Source of the DNA: an uncultured Calditrichota bacterium
Lineage (GTDB): Bacteria > Calditrichota > Calditrichia > JAJRVZ01
Direction: 5' to 3'
Assembly (NCBI GenBank): GCA_964489835.1
Contig: CAZBBC010000005.1
Location: forward strand, 26,123-90,122
Length of the DNA stretch: 64,000 nt
Position numbers and translations under genes: made by a program. This document shows positions 27,640 to 36,831 of this stretch, piece after piece. The notes under the pieces are model-generated. The model was not told the origin of the DNA, searched no databases, and saw only the letters and a program-made list of their open reading frames with translations. Each line of letters starts with the position of its first letter. Position 1 is the stretch's first letter.

Positions 27640-30381
27640 TTGGCCATGAATCAGCAAAAAATATTAATCACTTTTTTATTGTGTTTATCGCTGGTTTATA
27701 TCCTACCGGCTCAGAGCTGGCATCCTGAAATCACTCACCGACCGCGACTGGTTTTGCTGGAATCGGAAATTGACACGATTCGTGCGCGACTTTCCGAAGG
27801 TGTTTATAATCAACTTTGGAGCAATGATTATACCAGCAGAAAAGGAGCTGCCGTTAATGGTATTTATCAAAAAGCAGGAGAAGAGCAGGATATAAGTCCC
27901 AATACGGAAGAAACGCCGCGAGCCTATGCCGATGTCCGGGCCTGGATCGCCAAACATGCTGCCTTTGTTTATACTATCAATAAAAGGGCAAACGGTATTG
28001 ATAGTCTTAATGCATTTACCGGAGAATCCGATCCCCATCCGCGGGACTGGTATAAAGATCATGCCCTGGAATATTTACAAACCATTGACCCGGGGGTGTT
28101 AGGACCCACAAATCCTTTTGACTTTGTAGACAAGGCTATCTTTGTGGACAACTGGCAATGGCGGGTCAAAGAATTGATCAATTACTGTCAGGCCTATGAC
28201 ATGCTATTGGGTGTCGGGGTGGCGGTCCCGGATACGGTTAAAACTCTTCTGGATCTATTTGCTCATAATCTGTTCCAGAAATATGCATTGGTCCAATCGA
28301 TCCCACAGCAGGTTGGTTTCGACTTCTATCTTATTAGTAAGAATAATCATCGTTTAATGCTCGCGGCTGCCCTGGGCCAGGCGGCGGTTACTTTAAACGA
28401 TTCTGAAAACGCCGGTGCTTGGATTCAACTGGCGATGAGTGTGATTCAGTACGTTCTATTTGAAGACGGTAATGAAGCTTATCAAAGTCTCCGGCAAGTG
28501 GATGCGGATGGCGGCTATGCGGAGGGTCCCTACTATTTAAAATATGTTTTAAAGCATCTGATCCCGTTCTTTATCGCCATGCGAAATTTTAACGGTGACT
28601 GGACAGAGGAATATACCTATGAAAATATTCCGCGCTCTATACAATCGCCCTGGTTTGATCCGGAATACCAGAAAATTTACGACTGGATAACCAAGATCCG
28701 TATGCCTGAGGGACGGTTACCTGCGTTGGAGGATTCATACCAGGATCATTACCTGCCTGATCTGGCGGTCTTTGGGGGATATTATTCCTGGCCTTATCAG
28801 TCATTCGATGATCAGCTTACTAAGGAGGCTTTATTAAACCAGCAACTAACCGATCCTTTTGATTTGAGGATCGAATATGTGGTCGCCGGAAATGCCGGAG
28901 AAACAGAGGTGCCACCGGGGTGGGAAAATGTTCAGGTTTTGCCGGAAGCCGGCAGTGCTGTCTTCCGGAGTGACTGGGGAACAGAGGCCCTATATCTCCA
29001 TTTATACGGTCAACACGATTCGGCCCGGGAATCAGGATCGACCCATGATCATGCCGATGTGACCAGTTTTATTCTGGGGTATATGGGACAGGTTTTGGCA
29101 CTGGATGCAGGATATATAAAATGGGATCAACATTATCGTGTCAATAAACCAGAAAATCATAATTTGATCCTGGTTGACGGCTATGGTCCCAGGCCACCCT
29201 CTGGTCCTATTGTGCGGGTCAATGGTTTTACTCTATCTATCAAAAATGCGCCCAGTCCCACCGATGGTTCCTTTACCACAACCTATATCGCCGACAATTT
29301 TTCATATGTGGATGTACAAACCGAATACGGTCAGCGGTATGAACTGGTCGATTCTCTGGACCAACAGGAAGCCTGGGAATATGTTGAGAGTGACACCACT
29401 GAATTTTCTATGAATAGAGGGGTTCTGTTTGTTGATAATCGTTATTTTGTTATCTGTGATGATCTGGATAATTTAGATAGTGATTTGAAAAATTATCAGT
29501 TTTTATTACATGGTAATGGTGGCGGTACAAGCGGCGGTACCTATGAATCAATCCTTAATGGTGCGGTTTGGACGAGGGACAATGTCAAATTGACGACCCA
29601 GATTACCGCCTTAAACGGAGGGGTAAACTTTAGTGATTCTTTATATACCCATGGAGACGGGTTCAATACCCCTAAGACGCACACCTGCCTCCGGGCCACA
29701 AAGGAGGCGGTGGATACAAAATATTTAAGTGTCTTATTTCCGGACGTAACTGACCGTACGGCGGATTTCTTTGAACAGAGTAACGATACATCGGCCGGTT
29801 TCCTGGTCAACCGTGATCCATTGGCATCTGAAGGACGTTATGACTTTATTTTTACTCAAAAAGACCAGGATTCTTTATATATTCCTGAACAAACGTTTGG
29901 GTCGATGACGATAAAATCTATCCATACCGATGCCGAGCTATTGGTCATGAGTTTTGATAAACAGGATCCGGATAATCCTGAATCAATGAAGATCTTTGGT
30001 AAGTCAATTTCATATTTGACCTATGATGACGGTTATTTTATTTTTAAACCGGATAGCAGTATTACCTCTAATTTTAGTATTATTACAGGAACGCCTGCCA
30101 ATGTCAGTCGTGTACCCACGAAATATACATTGGCCCAGAATCATCCCAATCCATTTAATCCGAAAACAGTTATCAGTTATCAGTTGGCAGGTGGCAGTGA
30201 CGTTGAATTGAGTATTTATAATCTGCTTGGGCAAAAGGTTGCAACACTGGTTTCGGAAAGACGGAAAGCCGGATATCATCAAGTGGAATGGGATGCATCG
30301 TTATATGCGAGCGGGATTTATTATTATAAAATTGTGGCTGGAGAATTTCGATCGGTTAAAAAAATGATACTGCTCAAATAA
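27640..30381 (+). CDS. secreted heparinase II/III-like polysaccharide lyase-family protein with T9SS C-terminal sorting domain
   Basis: 913 aa; signal peptide; GSTHDHADVTSFILGYMGQVLALDAGY resembles the Hepar_II_III HxHxDxxSF motif; C-terminal HPNPFNPKTVISYQL...IYNLLGQKV...YYYKIV is a type-A T9SS CTD. Confidence 0.55.
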   Translation: MAMNQQKILITFLLCLSLVYILPAQSWHPEITHRPRLVLLESEIDTIRARLSEGVYNQLWSNDYTSRKGAAVNGIYQKAGEEQDISPNTEETPRAYADVRAWIAKHAAFVYTINKRANGIDSLNAFTGESDPHPRDWYKDHALEYLQTIDPGVLGPTNPFDFVDKAIFVDNWQWRVKELINYCQAYDMLLGVGVAVPDTVKTLLDLFAHNLFQKYALVQSIPQQVGFDFYLISKNNHRLMLAAALGQAAVTLNDSENAGAWIQLAMSVIQYVLFEDGNEAYQSLRQVDADGGYAEGPYYLKYVLKHLIPFFIAMRNFNGDWTEEYTYENIPRSIQSPWFDPEYQKIYDWITKIRMPEGRLPALEDSYQDHYLPDLAVFGGYYSWPYQSFDDQLTKEALLNQQLTDPFDLRIEYVVAGNAGETEVPPGWENVQVLPEAGSAVFRSDWGTEALYLHLYGQHDSARESGSTHDHADVTSFILGYMGQVLALDAGYIKWDQHYRVNKPENHNLILVDGYGPRPPSGPIVRVNGFTLSIKNAPSPTDGSFTTTYIADNFSYVDVQTEYGQRYELVDSLDQQEAWEYVESDTTEFSMNRGVLFVDNRYFVICDDLDNLDSDLKNYQFLLHGNGGGTSGGTYESILNGAVWTRDNVKLTTQITALNGGVNFSDSLYTHGDGFNTPKTHTCLRATKEAVDTKYLSVLFPDVTDRTADFFEQSNDTSAGFLVNRDPLASEGRYDFIFTQKDQDSLYIPEQTFGSMTIKSIHTDAELLVMSFDKQDPDNPESMKIFGKSISYLTYDDGYFIFKPDSSITSNFSIITGTPANVSRVPTKYTLAQNHPNPFNPKTVISYQLAGGSDVELSIYNLLGQKVATLVSERRKAGYHQVEWDASLYASGIYYYKIVAGEFRSVKKMILLK

Positions 30382-30413
30382 TGCCAACCTAGGAATCAAC
30401 GCGACATAAATTC

Positions 30414-31238
30414 CTAATTACCAGCCAGGGTCACGGAAATCCAAATCTCCTCACCATCCATATCGGGCATGGAACGATTGCCACCTCTCATGCCACCGCC
30501 TCTCATTCCACCACCAGGCATACCAGCACCGGGACGGCCTCTGTCCATACCGCCACCGCGCATACCGGTACCTCTTCTCTCGGCCATTTGTTCCTCTATT
30601 TCTTTCTTTTTTTCTTCATTCAATCCGGAAATTTCCAAACCGATCATTATTTCATTCGCAGCGGATATTTTTAAATAACCGATAGATCCATTTGTCGGCG
30701 TGAGGGGTATACTAAATTCGAAACAATACAAACCGTCCTGATAACCGGCACTGGCATAGAAACCGGCTGTTTCTTTAATCGAAATACCGGTTAAAGAATC
30801 ATTTTTTGCCAGTGTGAATTGCCCCTTTGGTTCAGGGACTCGTGGGCGACTATTTCCACCACGATCTTTATCCGACTCTCCGTTAAACCTCCGGGACCTG
30901 ACCAGATCTTTTAGATTTTCATCTTTGTAGTGGATACCGAGGGTTTTTTCTTCCTGATCCTCAACATTAATCCAAACCGTAAAACCGCGCCTGGCAAACG
31001 TTTGAGCCAGTCTCTGATCATTGAAACGAACCATAAAGTCGATGGAGCGATCATCATTTACAACACCATAAACCAGATTCATATCTTCCTGATATTGCAA
31101 GGGAAGGCCGTCCCAGTCTTTACCGTTTCCATCGATGACTACCGGTTGCGTTTTCCATGTGCTTTCTATTTTTTCCCCGCAACTGACAAGTGCTGACATG
31201 ACCAAAACCCAGATTATATTTTTTTTAAATGCACCCAT
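30414..31238 (-). CDS. hypothetical lipoprotein with Met/Gly/Arg-rich C-terminal tail
   Basis: Lipobox LVSC; tail GTGMRGGGMDRGRPGAGMPGGGMRGGGMRGGNRSMPDMDG; start ambiguous (31259 or 31238). Confidence 0.55.
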   Translation of the reverse strand: MGAFKKNIIWVLVMSALVSCGEKIESTWKTQPVVIDGNGKDWDGLPLQYQEDMNLVYGVVNDDRSIDFMVRFNDQRLAQTFARRGFTVWINVEDQEEKTLGIHYKDENLKDLVRSRRFNGESDKDRGGNSRPRVPEPKGQFTLAKNDSLTGISIKETAGFYASAGYQDGLYCFEFSIPLTPTNGSIGYLKISAANEIMIGLEISGLNEEKKKEIEEQMAERRGTGMRGGGMDRGRPGAGMPGGGMRGGGMRGGNRSMPDMDGEEIWISVTLAGN

Positions 31239-31492
31239 ATTTACTTCTCCTATATTCATTTTTATTTTAGACTGGATAACAGGATAAACAAGATAAAAAT
31301 AATTTATTAATTGTATTAATGATGATTATCTTACATATGTAGAGACGTCCCGGCGGGACGTCTCTAAGCATATACAATTGCCAGTAATGAAATCCTGTTA
31401 TCCTGTTATGTTAAAAAACAAGCAAAAAATAAACATACATATTCGCCGCCTATGATACTAATTCATCAAGATCAATTGTTGGCTCGAGGATT

Positions 31493-32317
31493 CTATTTCT
31501 CTTCATGCTTCATATCAAATTCATCGGTCATTGTTTTAACGGCTTTGTGGATTTCCTCACGGGAAGCACCACTTGCCCGCATTTCCCCGATCCTTGTGCG
31601 TACCGCCTGACGTTGTTCATCGGTTAAAAATGGCCATTTCTCCCCGTGTCTGCCCGGCTTTTCCGGAATTTCAATGCCATAGCCTTTGAGCATTTCCGTG
31701 ACCGCCGCATGGATCTCTTCTCTGCCGGCCTTATTTTCCCTCATAGATTCAACTTTTTCCCGTATCGCCATCCGTTGCTCTTCGTTCAGGTCGATTCCCG
31801 GGAATCCGTGAGGGAAACCTTCCCCTCTCCCCATCCGCTGAAGAGAATCACTTGGCACATCAACCCCAAATTCTTTGAACATTTTCTGAACCTCTGCATG
31901 TATTTCCTTACGGGAAGCCCCTTGTTCATGTAATTGATCAACTTTCTCTTTCAGTGCGGATCTTTGTTCCTCATTAAGATCCTTAAAATGTCTTCCCATG
32001 AATCTGCCCGGTCTGTGTTCCCGCATTGGGGGAAATAGTGTCGCGTCATCCGGTACATCGAGGCCATACTCTTTTAACATTTCTTTGACTTTTTCATGGA
32101 TAATCTCCGGCGATTCCCCGCTGTCATGGAGATCCCTGACCGTGTTTTTAATGGTTTCCCTCTGCTCTGCTGTTAATTGATCCATGTAATTAAAACGCGG
32201 GCCTTTTTTTAAATGATCCGCAGCAATTAGATTAACAGGATTGAAAGTGATCGTTAATAAAAGAGCGATAAACAGCAAGCCTGAAAGAATTAATGATTTT
32301 TTCATTTTGTCCTCCAA
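31493..32317 (-). CDS. periplasmic LTXXQ-motif repeat protein (CpxP/Spy-like), four tandem repeats of about 60 aa
   Basis: LTAEQRETIKN..EIIHEKVKEM; LNEEQRSALKE..EIHAEVQKMF; LNEEQRMAIRE..EIHAAVTEML; LTDEQRQAVRT..EIHKAVKTMT; signal peptide. Confidence 0.7.
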   Translation of the reverse strand: MEDKMKKSLILSGLLFIALLLTITFNPVNLIAADHLKKGPRFNYMDQLTAEQRETIKNTVRDLHDSGESPEIIHEKVKEMLKEYGLDVPDDATLFPPMREHRPGRFMGRHFKDLNEEQRSALKEKVDQLHEQGASRKEIHAEVQKMFKEFGVDVPSDSLQRMGRGEGFPHGFPGIDLNEEQRMAIREKVESMRENKAGREEIHAAVTEMLKGYGIEIPEKPGRHGEKWPFLTDEQRQAVRTRIGEMRASGASREEIHKAVKTMTDEFDMKHEEK

Positions 32318-32599
32318 TCTTAAAATGGTTTTTTAATATTTCATTTTGTAAAACTCTGATGCGTTTTTCAAAAGGTTAGACAACCGGACGGGGATTTTAT
32401 TCCATTGAAGATATAAAAGGAAAAGAAGGGCAGGTAAGAGAAGGGAACCGGGAAATTCCAAATAACAAGCACCAAATAGCAAATAAATCCGAAATTCGAA
32501 TATCCAATTCCCTTCCATAGGCCGGCAGGCGAAACAAATATCAAATATAAATGACTTAAATTCAAAACCTGTCAATTTAACAGATAAGATTCAAAATTT

Positions 32600-32715
32600 T
32601 GGTTATTTGGAATTGGGAATTATTTGGGATTTGGGATTTGGTTCTTGGGATTTTTTTTCCTATTTCCTACTTCCCACGTCTTACTTCCTACTTACAGTTC
32701 CCAATTCCCAATTTT
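32600..32715. repeat. 115-bp imperfect long palindrome built from TTGGGA (left half) and TCCCAA/TTCCTA (right half) units
   Basis: ttggaattgggaattatttgggatttgggatttggttcttggga ttttttttcc tatttcctacttcccacgtcttacttcctacttacagttcccaattcccaatt; begins right after the CpxP-like gene stop; smaller relative at 53521-53560. Confidence 0.6.
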
Positions 32716-32719
32716 TTAA

Positions 32720-33127
32720 TCAATCTTTCGGTCTTCGCCTGTCAAATTTTTCTCTGGGCTTTCTGGGGAATGGCGGTCTTTCCATTAATCTCTTTTTTAA
32801 ACGTTCCAGCTGATCGGGCCTGAGTACCGGTTCCAGCTCTTTAAGCAGGGAATCGGCATGGTTTTTTATCCGCTCCATGCCCTCTTTTCCAAATTCAAGC
32901 ATTTTCTGGTGGTTTTTTATCAGAATGTCATTTATGGCTTCTCTCTGTTCCGGATCCGGCTGAATCACCTCAATCAGGCGTTGTGTAAAGCCTTCCGGTG
33001 TTCTAAACCGGGCAATCCGGTCTTCAAATAAATTACGTCTTACCATCGTGCTGCCCATGGCACCAATAATTATTCCTATTAAAAGGGCACCGATAATGAC
33101 AAGGATTGATTTTGTTTTTGTATTCAT
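32720..33127 (-). CDS. membrane-anchored periplasmic protein, CpxP/Spy-like helical domain
   Basis: 135 aa; N-terminal TM ILVIIGALLIGIIIGAMG; helical, charged C-terminal domain; in operon with the ECF sigma and anti-sigma. Confidence 0.45.
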   Translation of the reverse strand: MNTKTKSILVIIGALLIGIIIGAMGSTMVRRNLFEDRIARFRTPEGFTQRLIEVIQPDPEQREAINDILIKNHQKMLEFGKEGMERIKNHADSLLKELEPVLRPDQLERLKKRLMERPPFPRKPREKFDRRRPKD

Positions 33128-33129
33128 TT

Positions 33130-33555
33130 TTATTCCTCCATTGCAAGTGTTAGTGTCGGATCATAAACTTCATCCAGGGTTACCTCCGGGACAGCCAGTG
33201 CGCCTTCGAGAGAGATTTGTCCGCTCGAACCGATATTGTAGCCAATGGCAATGACAATTAAAACAGTGGCGGCAATAGCAACCGGTCTGAATAAAGCAAA
33301 TAACCTTTCAAAGAAAAGATCTTCTTCGTTTTCTTTATCAATATCATAAACTCTTCCCATGACCCGATCGGCGAAAAACGGTTCGAAGGACTGTTTTTTT
33401 CCGGAAGCAATATTGTCACGAAGGGCAGAGATTCTATCTTTTTCAATTTTTAAGTCTGATGATTGTCTCAGTGCTATATCGAGCTGTTTTTTTTCTTCCG
33501 GACTAAGATCAGTGTCGAAAGAGCGGTAAAGTAACTTTTTTAATTTTTCATCCAT
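33130..33555 (-). CDS. putative anti-sigma factor (single-pass membrane protein)
   Basis: 141 aa; overlaps the sigma factor stop by 8 nt; cytoplasmic N-domain then TM VAIAATVLIVIAIGY. Confidence 0.5.
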   Translation of the reverse strand: MDEKLKKLLYRSFDTDLSPEEKKQLDIALRQSSDLKIEKDRISALRDNIASGKKQSFEPFFADRVMGRVYDIDKENEEDLFFERLFALFRPVAIAATVLIVIAIGYNIGSSGQISLEGALAVPEVTLDEVYDPTLTLAMEE

Positions 33556-34108
33556 TGTTCACCTCCATGATAGGTGAAAGTATTTGTTTTAATTTTTGCT
33601 GGCCCCGGGCCAACCGGGATAAAACGGTACCGACGGGTAATTTTAGGATCTTGGCTGTTTCTTCCGTCGAATATCCATCAATTAAGCGCAGGACAATTAC
33701 CGACCGGAATTTAGGGGTCAGTTTTTCAATGGCCCGCCGGACAAATTCCTTATCTTCCTGTTCTCCCTTACCGTTGCCCGGATTAGCGATATCATCTAAT
33801 CCTTCCTCTGAGAAGGAATAAAAGTGATGCCGTCTCTGACGGCGTCTCAATTCGTTGATCGAAAGATTGATCGCAATACGGGTAAGATAAGTACCAACGG
33901 TGGACTCTCCGCGAAATTTATCTAATGCTTTGTAAAAACGGATAAAGACTTCCTGACCCACGTCATCGACTTCGGAACATTTGCCGAGCATACCGATCAC
34001 CGTCGCCGCTACCAGTGACTCATAGCGCTTAATCAGCTCTTTAAAAAGGGATGTGTTGCCCTTGCGAATTTTCTGGATAATCTGCAAATCGTCCATGGGA
34101 TCGGTCAA
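33548..34108 (-). CDS. RNA polymerase sigma-70 factor, ECF subfamily
   Basis: Region 2 VGQEVFIRFYKAL.KFRGESTVGTYLTRIAINLSINELRRR; region 4 EETAKILKLPVGTVLSRLARGQQKL. Confidence 0.9.
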   Translation of the reverse strand: MTDPMDDLQIIQKIRKGNTSLFKELIKRYESLVAATVIGMLGKCSEVDDVGQEVFIRFYKALDKFRGESTVGTYLTRIAINLSINELRRRQRRHHFYSFSEEGLDDIANPGNGKGEQEDKEFVRRAIEKLTPKFRSVIVLRLIDGYSTEETAKILKLPVGTVLSRLARGQQKLKQILSPIMEVNNG

Positions 34109-34203
34109 TGGGTCCTTGTTTATCGGTTAGACAATGTGAAATTAATAATATTCCAGGAATTATAAAATTTTTGTATATTATGCTATTATGACTAATAGCT
34201 TAT

Positions 34204-34283
34204 ATCCACGGATTACACGGATTAAAACTAAAATAATAATAATTTTTAGATGAAATCCGTGCTAATCCGTGTAATCCGTGGAC
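34204..34283. repeat. heptamer inverted-repeat element (CACGGAT arms)
   Basis: atccacggattacacggatt ... aatccgtgctaatccgtgtaatccgtggac; followed at 34297-34330 by a family-A fragment tttgcagcagtgggctgtggtatgaatagatc. Confidence 0.7.
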
Positions 34284-34343
34284 AAATTCTTTTATGTTTG
34301 CAGCAGTGGGCTGTGGTATGAATAGATCAAATTAAAAAGCAGA

Positions 34344-34595
34344 TTGGTACCAATGGAAAAAACGGTAAAGATATTTACACTCGAGAAAAAAGATGAAACA
34401 CTTATTCCGCTGATACGAGAAACCTTTGCAGAGGAAAATATTGCCATTGAAATTCGAAGTAAGTATGATACGGCTTATGATGGACTATTTATCGGTCAGA
34501 AAGGCCTGGCGGATATCTATGTAATGAAAAAGGACGCCAAACGATCTTTGGAAATACTTAACGATTTGCTGGTGGATCTTTCTTCCAGTCTTTAA
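34344..34595 (+). CDS. hypothetical small protein (possibly DUF2007-like). Doubtful call
   Basis: 83 aa; overlaps 38 nt of the convergent Cys-rich gene; lies where a 3' element of the cbb3 operon is expected. Confidence 0.25.
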   Translation: MVPMEKTVKIFTLEKKDETLIPLIRETFAEENIAIEIRSKYDTAYDGLFIGQKGLADIYVMKKDAKRSLEILNDLLVDLSSSL

Positions 34596-34938
34596 CTATC
34601 TGAATGATTTCCCGTACAAATACCCCCTCGCATTCTTCCGGGCAGGGTTCCAGTCTAAATTTAAACAAACAATATTCCGGGCATTTCTCATCGCCCATCA
34701 AATTCCTGGAATAAACCGGGCCATTATAGAGATCTCTGAATTCTCCACTGAGCACAGACATCGTCGATTTACAGTAAAGATGATTAAAGAGAAAAAGACC
34801 ACCATCGAGGTCCTGAAAATGGGCCTGGTAACCAACCAGTTTTATAGCCGGGTCGCTTAAAAACTTATCGCGCGACAGCCAGGAATGATTACAATTGGGA
34901 CATTTTTTAAAGTGCTTTTTTCCGGAATCTGATTTCAT
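34558..34938 (-). CDS. Cys-rich zinc-ribbon-like small protein, last gene of the cbb3 cluster
   Basis: 126 aa; CPNC...CPEYC...CPEEC; ATGA overlap with fixH. Confidence 0.5.
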   Translation of the reverse strand: MKSDSGKKHFKKCPNCNHSWLSRDKFLSDPAIKLVGYQAHFQDLDGGLFLFNHLYCKSTMSVLSGEFRDLYNGPVYSRNLMGDEKCPEYCLFKFRLEPCPEECEGVFVREIIQIVKDWKKDPPANR

Positions 34939-35390
34939 CTAATTACCACCGTACCTTCTTCATAATAATCGGTTTGATTTAGTTGCCAGAATATTTTTAA
35001 CTTCCATAAGCCCGGGGACAAATGTTTTGTACTAACGGTGTGGCTACCGTCCGATAGCAGTTTTATAGCGATCAGCCGGTCCATCCGCGCATCGGAGGGG
35101 CGGAATAATAAAACATTTCCACTGATTAATCCATATTCCAGATTGGCCGGAAAATTTATCGTAAGTAATTTATCATCACTGTCATATTTCCAGATAACCG
35201 GATCAGATAATGACTTTGATCGTTGGATGCGATCAATTTGATTTTGGTACATTATTTCCTGCGTATAATAATCCTTCGTCACCAGATCATTGTTCTGATA
35301 TTGTGAAAAAATGACAAATGCCACCAATAGCAGTATGAATAAAAGGTAAACAGAAGCAATAGCCAGCGGCCAGAGACTGGATTTTCTCAT
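34935..35390 (-). CDS. fixH: FixH family protein
   Basis: 151 aa; N-terminal TM then FixH-domain; position after ccoG. Confidence 0.8.
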   Translation of the reverse strand: MRKSSLWPLAIASVYLLFILLLVAFVIFSQYQNNDLVTKDYYTQEIMYQNQIDRIQRSKSLSDPVIWKYDSDDKLLTINFPANLEYGLISGNVLLFRPSDARMDRLIAIKLLSDGSHTVSTKHLSPGLWKLKIFWQLNQTDYYEEGTVVIR

Positions 35391-36808
35391 TTTCTGTCTT
35401 TCTTTTGGTTTGGATCGGGACCGATAAAGGATGTCCTGACCTCCTCGAATATCTCCTGCCCGGAATATACGTCGATATAAACCGGGATTCGTGAAAACCG
35501 GATATTTTTTTTAGGAATTTCCACAAAAAAAGCAGATTCGGAAAGACCACCTTCAGGAACAGACAGAATTCCTCCCACCATTCTGATTGTCCCCTTTGGA
35601 GATTTAATCTTTAATTCAATGAATTTTTTCTCATAGGTTTTATTAATAACTTTTAAATTATACAAATTCAGGATATCACCTTTTTCATTTTCATTATATA
35701 ATAATCCGGGTGTACGCAAAATTGTTATCTCGACCGATGGGCGGTTAAATAAAAAGATATTAGTGACAAGAAGTAACACGAGTAAAATAGCGGAGTAACC
35801 GGCGATCCGTGGTGTAAATTTTAATTTTATCCCTTCGAGAATACCATTGTATGACGCATAGCGAATCAATCCGGTCGGCCAGTCCAGTTTTTTCATAACC
35901 GTATTACAGGTGTCGATACAGGCGGTACAATTGATACATTCCAGCTGAGTACCGTTCCGGATATCAATGCCGGTCGGACATACTACCACACATTGCCGGC
36001 AATCGATACAATCACCATTCTTTTTTCTGTCCCGATTTTTTTTATACTTTCCTCTCAGTTCACCACGTTTAAAATCATAAGCAACCACCAGTGAATTAGG
36101 ATCAAGTAATACCCCTTGCAAGCGTCCGTAGGGACAAACCATTGTACATACCTGTTCTCTGAAGAAGGCAAACACCCAGTAAAAAACAGCACTGAAAAGG
36201 ATCATGATGGATAGACCAATAAAGTGATCAGAAGGGGGATCGTTAATGATTTTGAGTAGTTGATCAGAACCGATGATATAGGCAAGAAATATATTACCGA
36301 TCAGAAAAGCAATTAAATAAAAGATCACATGTTTAAGGATTTTCTTAAATATTTTATTACCAGTCCATGGGGCTTTTGCCAGGGCAATTTGTTTACGTGC
36401 ATCCCCTTCAATCCAGTATTCAATCTTTCGAAAGACCATTTCCATAAAAACGGTCTGGGGACAGGCCCAGCCACACCATAAACGACCCATAATGACCGTG
36501 AATAAGACAATAAAAACGACCAGGGATATGGTGGACAGTACAAAGAGATAAAAATCCTGAGGCCAGAAAACCAATCCGAATAATACAAATTTGCGATTAA
36601 GAATATCGAATAAAAGAAAAGGATGCCCCTTTACTTTGATAAAAGGAGCAATAAATAAAAAGGCAAGCAGAAAAATAGCCACGATTTCCCGGGCACGGGT
36701 AAACGAACCTTTCGGTTTCTTAGGATAAATCCAAATCCTTTTCCCTTTTTCGTCGATGGTCGATACTTTATCACGATAGGCTTCTGTATCTTTTTGTGTG
36801 GCAGGCAT
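35387..36808 (-). CDS. ccoG: cytochrome c oxidase accessory protein CcoG (4Fe-4S ferredoxin-type membrane protein)
   Basis: CIDCRQCVVVCPTGIDIRNG...CINCTACIDTCN ferredoxin motifs; multiple TM. Confidence 0.9.
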   Translation of the reverse strand: MPATQKDTEAYRDKVSTIDEKGKRIWIYPKKPKGSFTRAREIVAIFLLAFLFIAPFIKVKGHPFLLFDILNRKFVLFGLVFWPQDFYLFVLSTISLVVFIVLFTVIMGRLWCGWACPQTVFMEMVFRKIEYWIEGDARKQIALAKAPWTGNKIFKKILKHVIFYLIAFLIGNIFLAYIIGSDQLLKIINDPPSDHFIGLSIMILFSAVFYWVFAFFREQVCTMVCPYGRLQGVLLDPNSLVVAYDFKRGELRGKYKKNRDRKKNGDCIDCRQCVVVCPTGIDIRNGTQLECINCTACIDTCNTVMKKLDWPTGLIRYASYNGILEGIKLKFTPRIAGYSAILLVLLLVTNIFLFNRPSVEITILRTPGLLYNENEKGDILNLYNLKVINKTYEKKFIELKIKSPKGTIRMVGGILSVPEGGLSESAFFVEIPKKNIRFSRIPVYIDVYSGQEIFEEVRTSFIGPDPNQKKDRK

Positions 36809-36831
36809 ACATCATCCATGAAAAAAAATAA

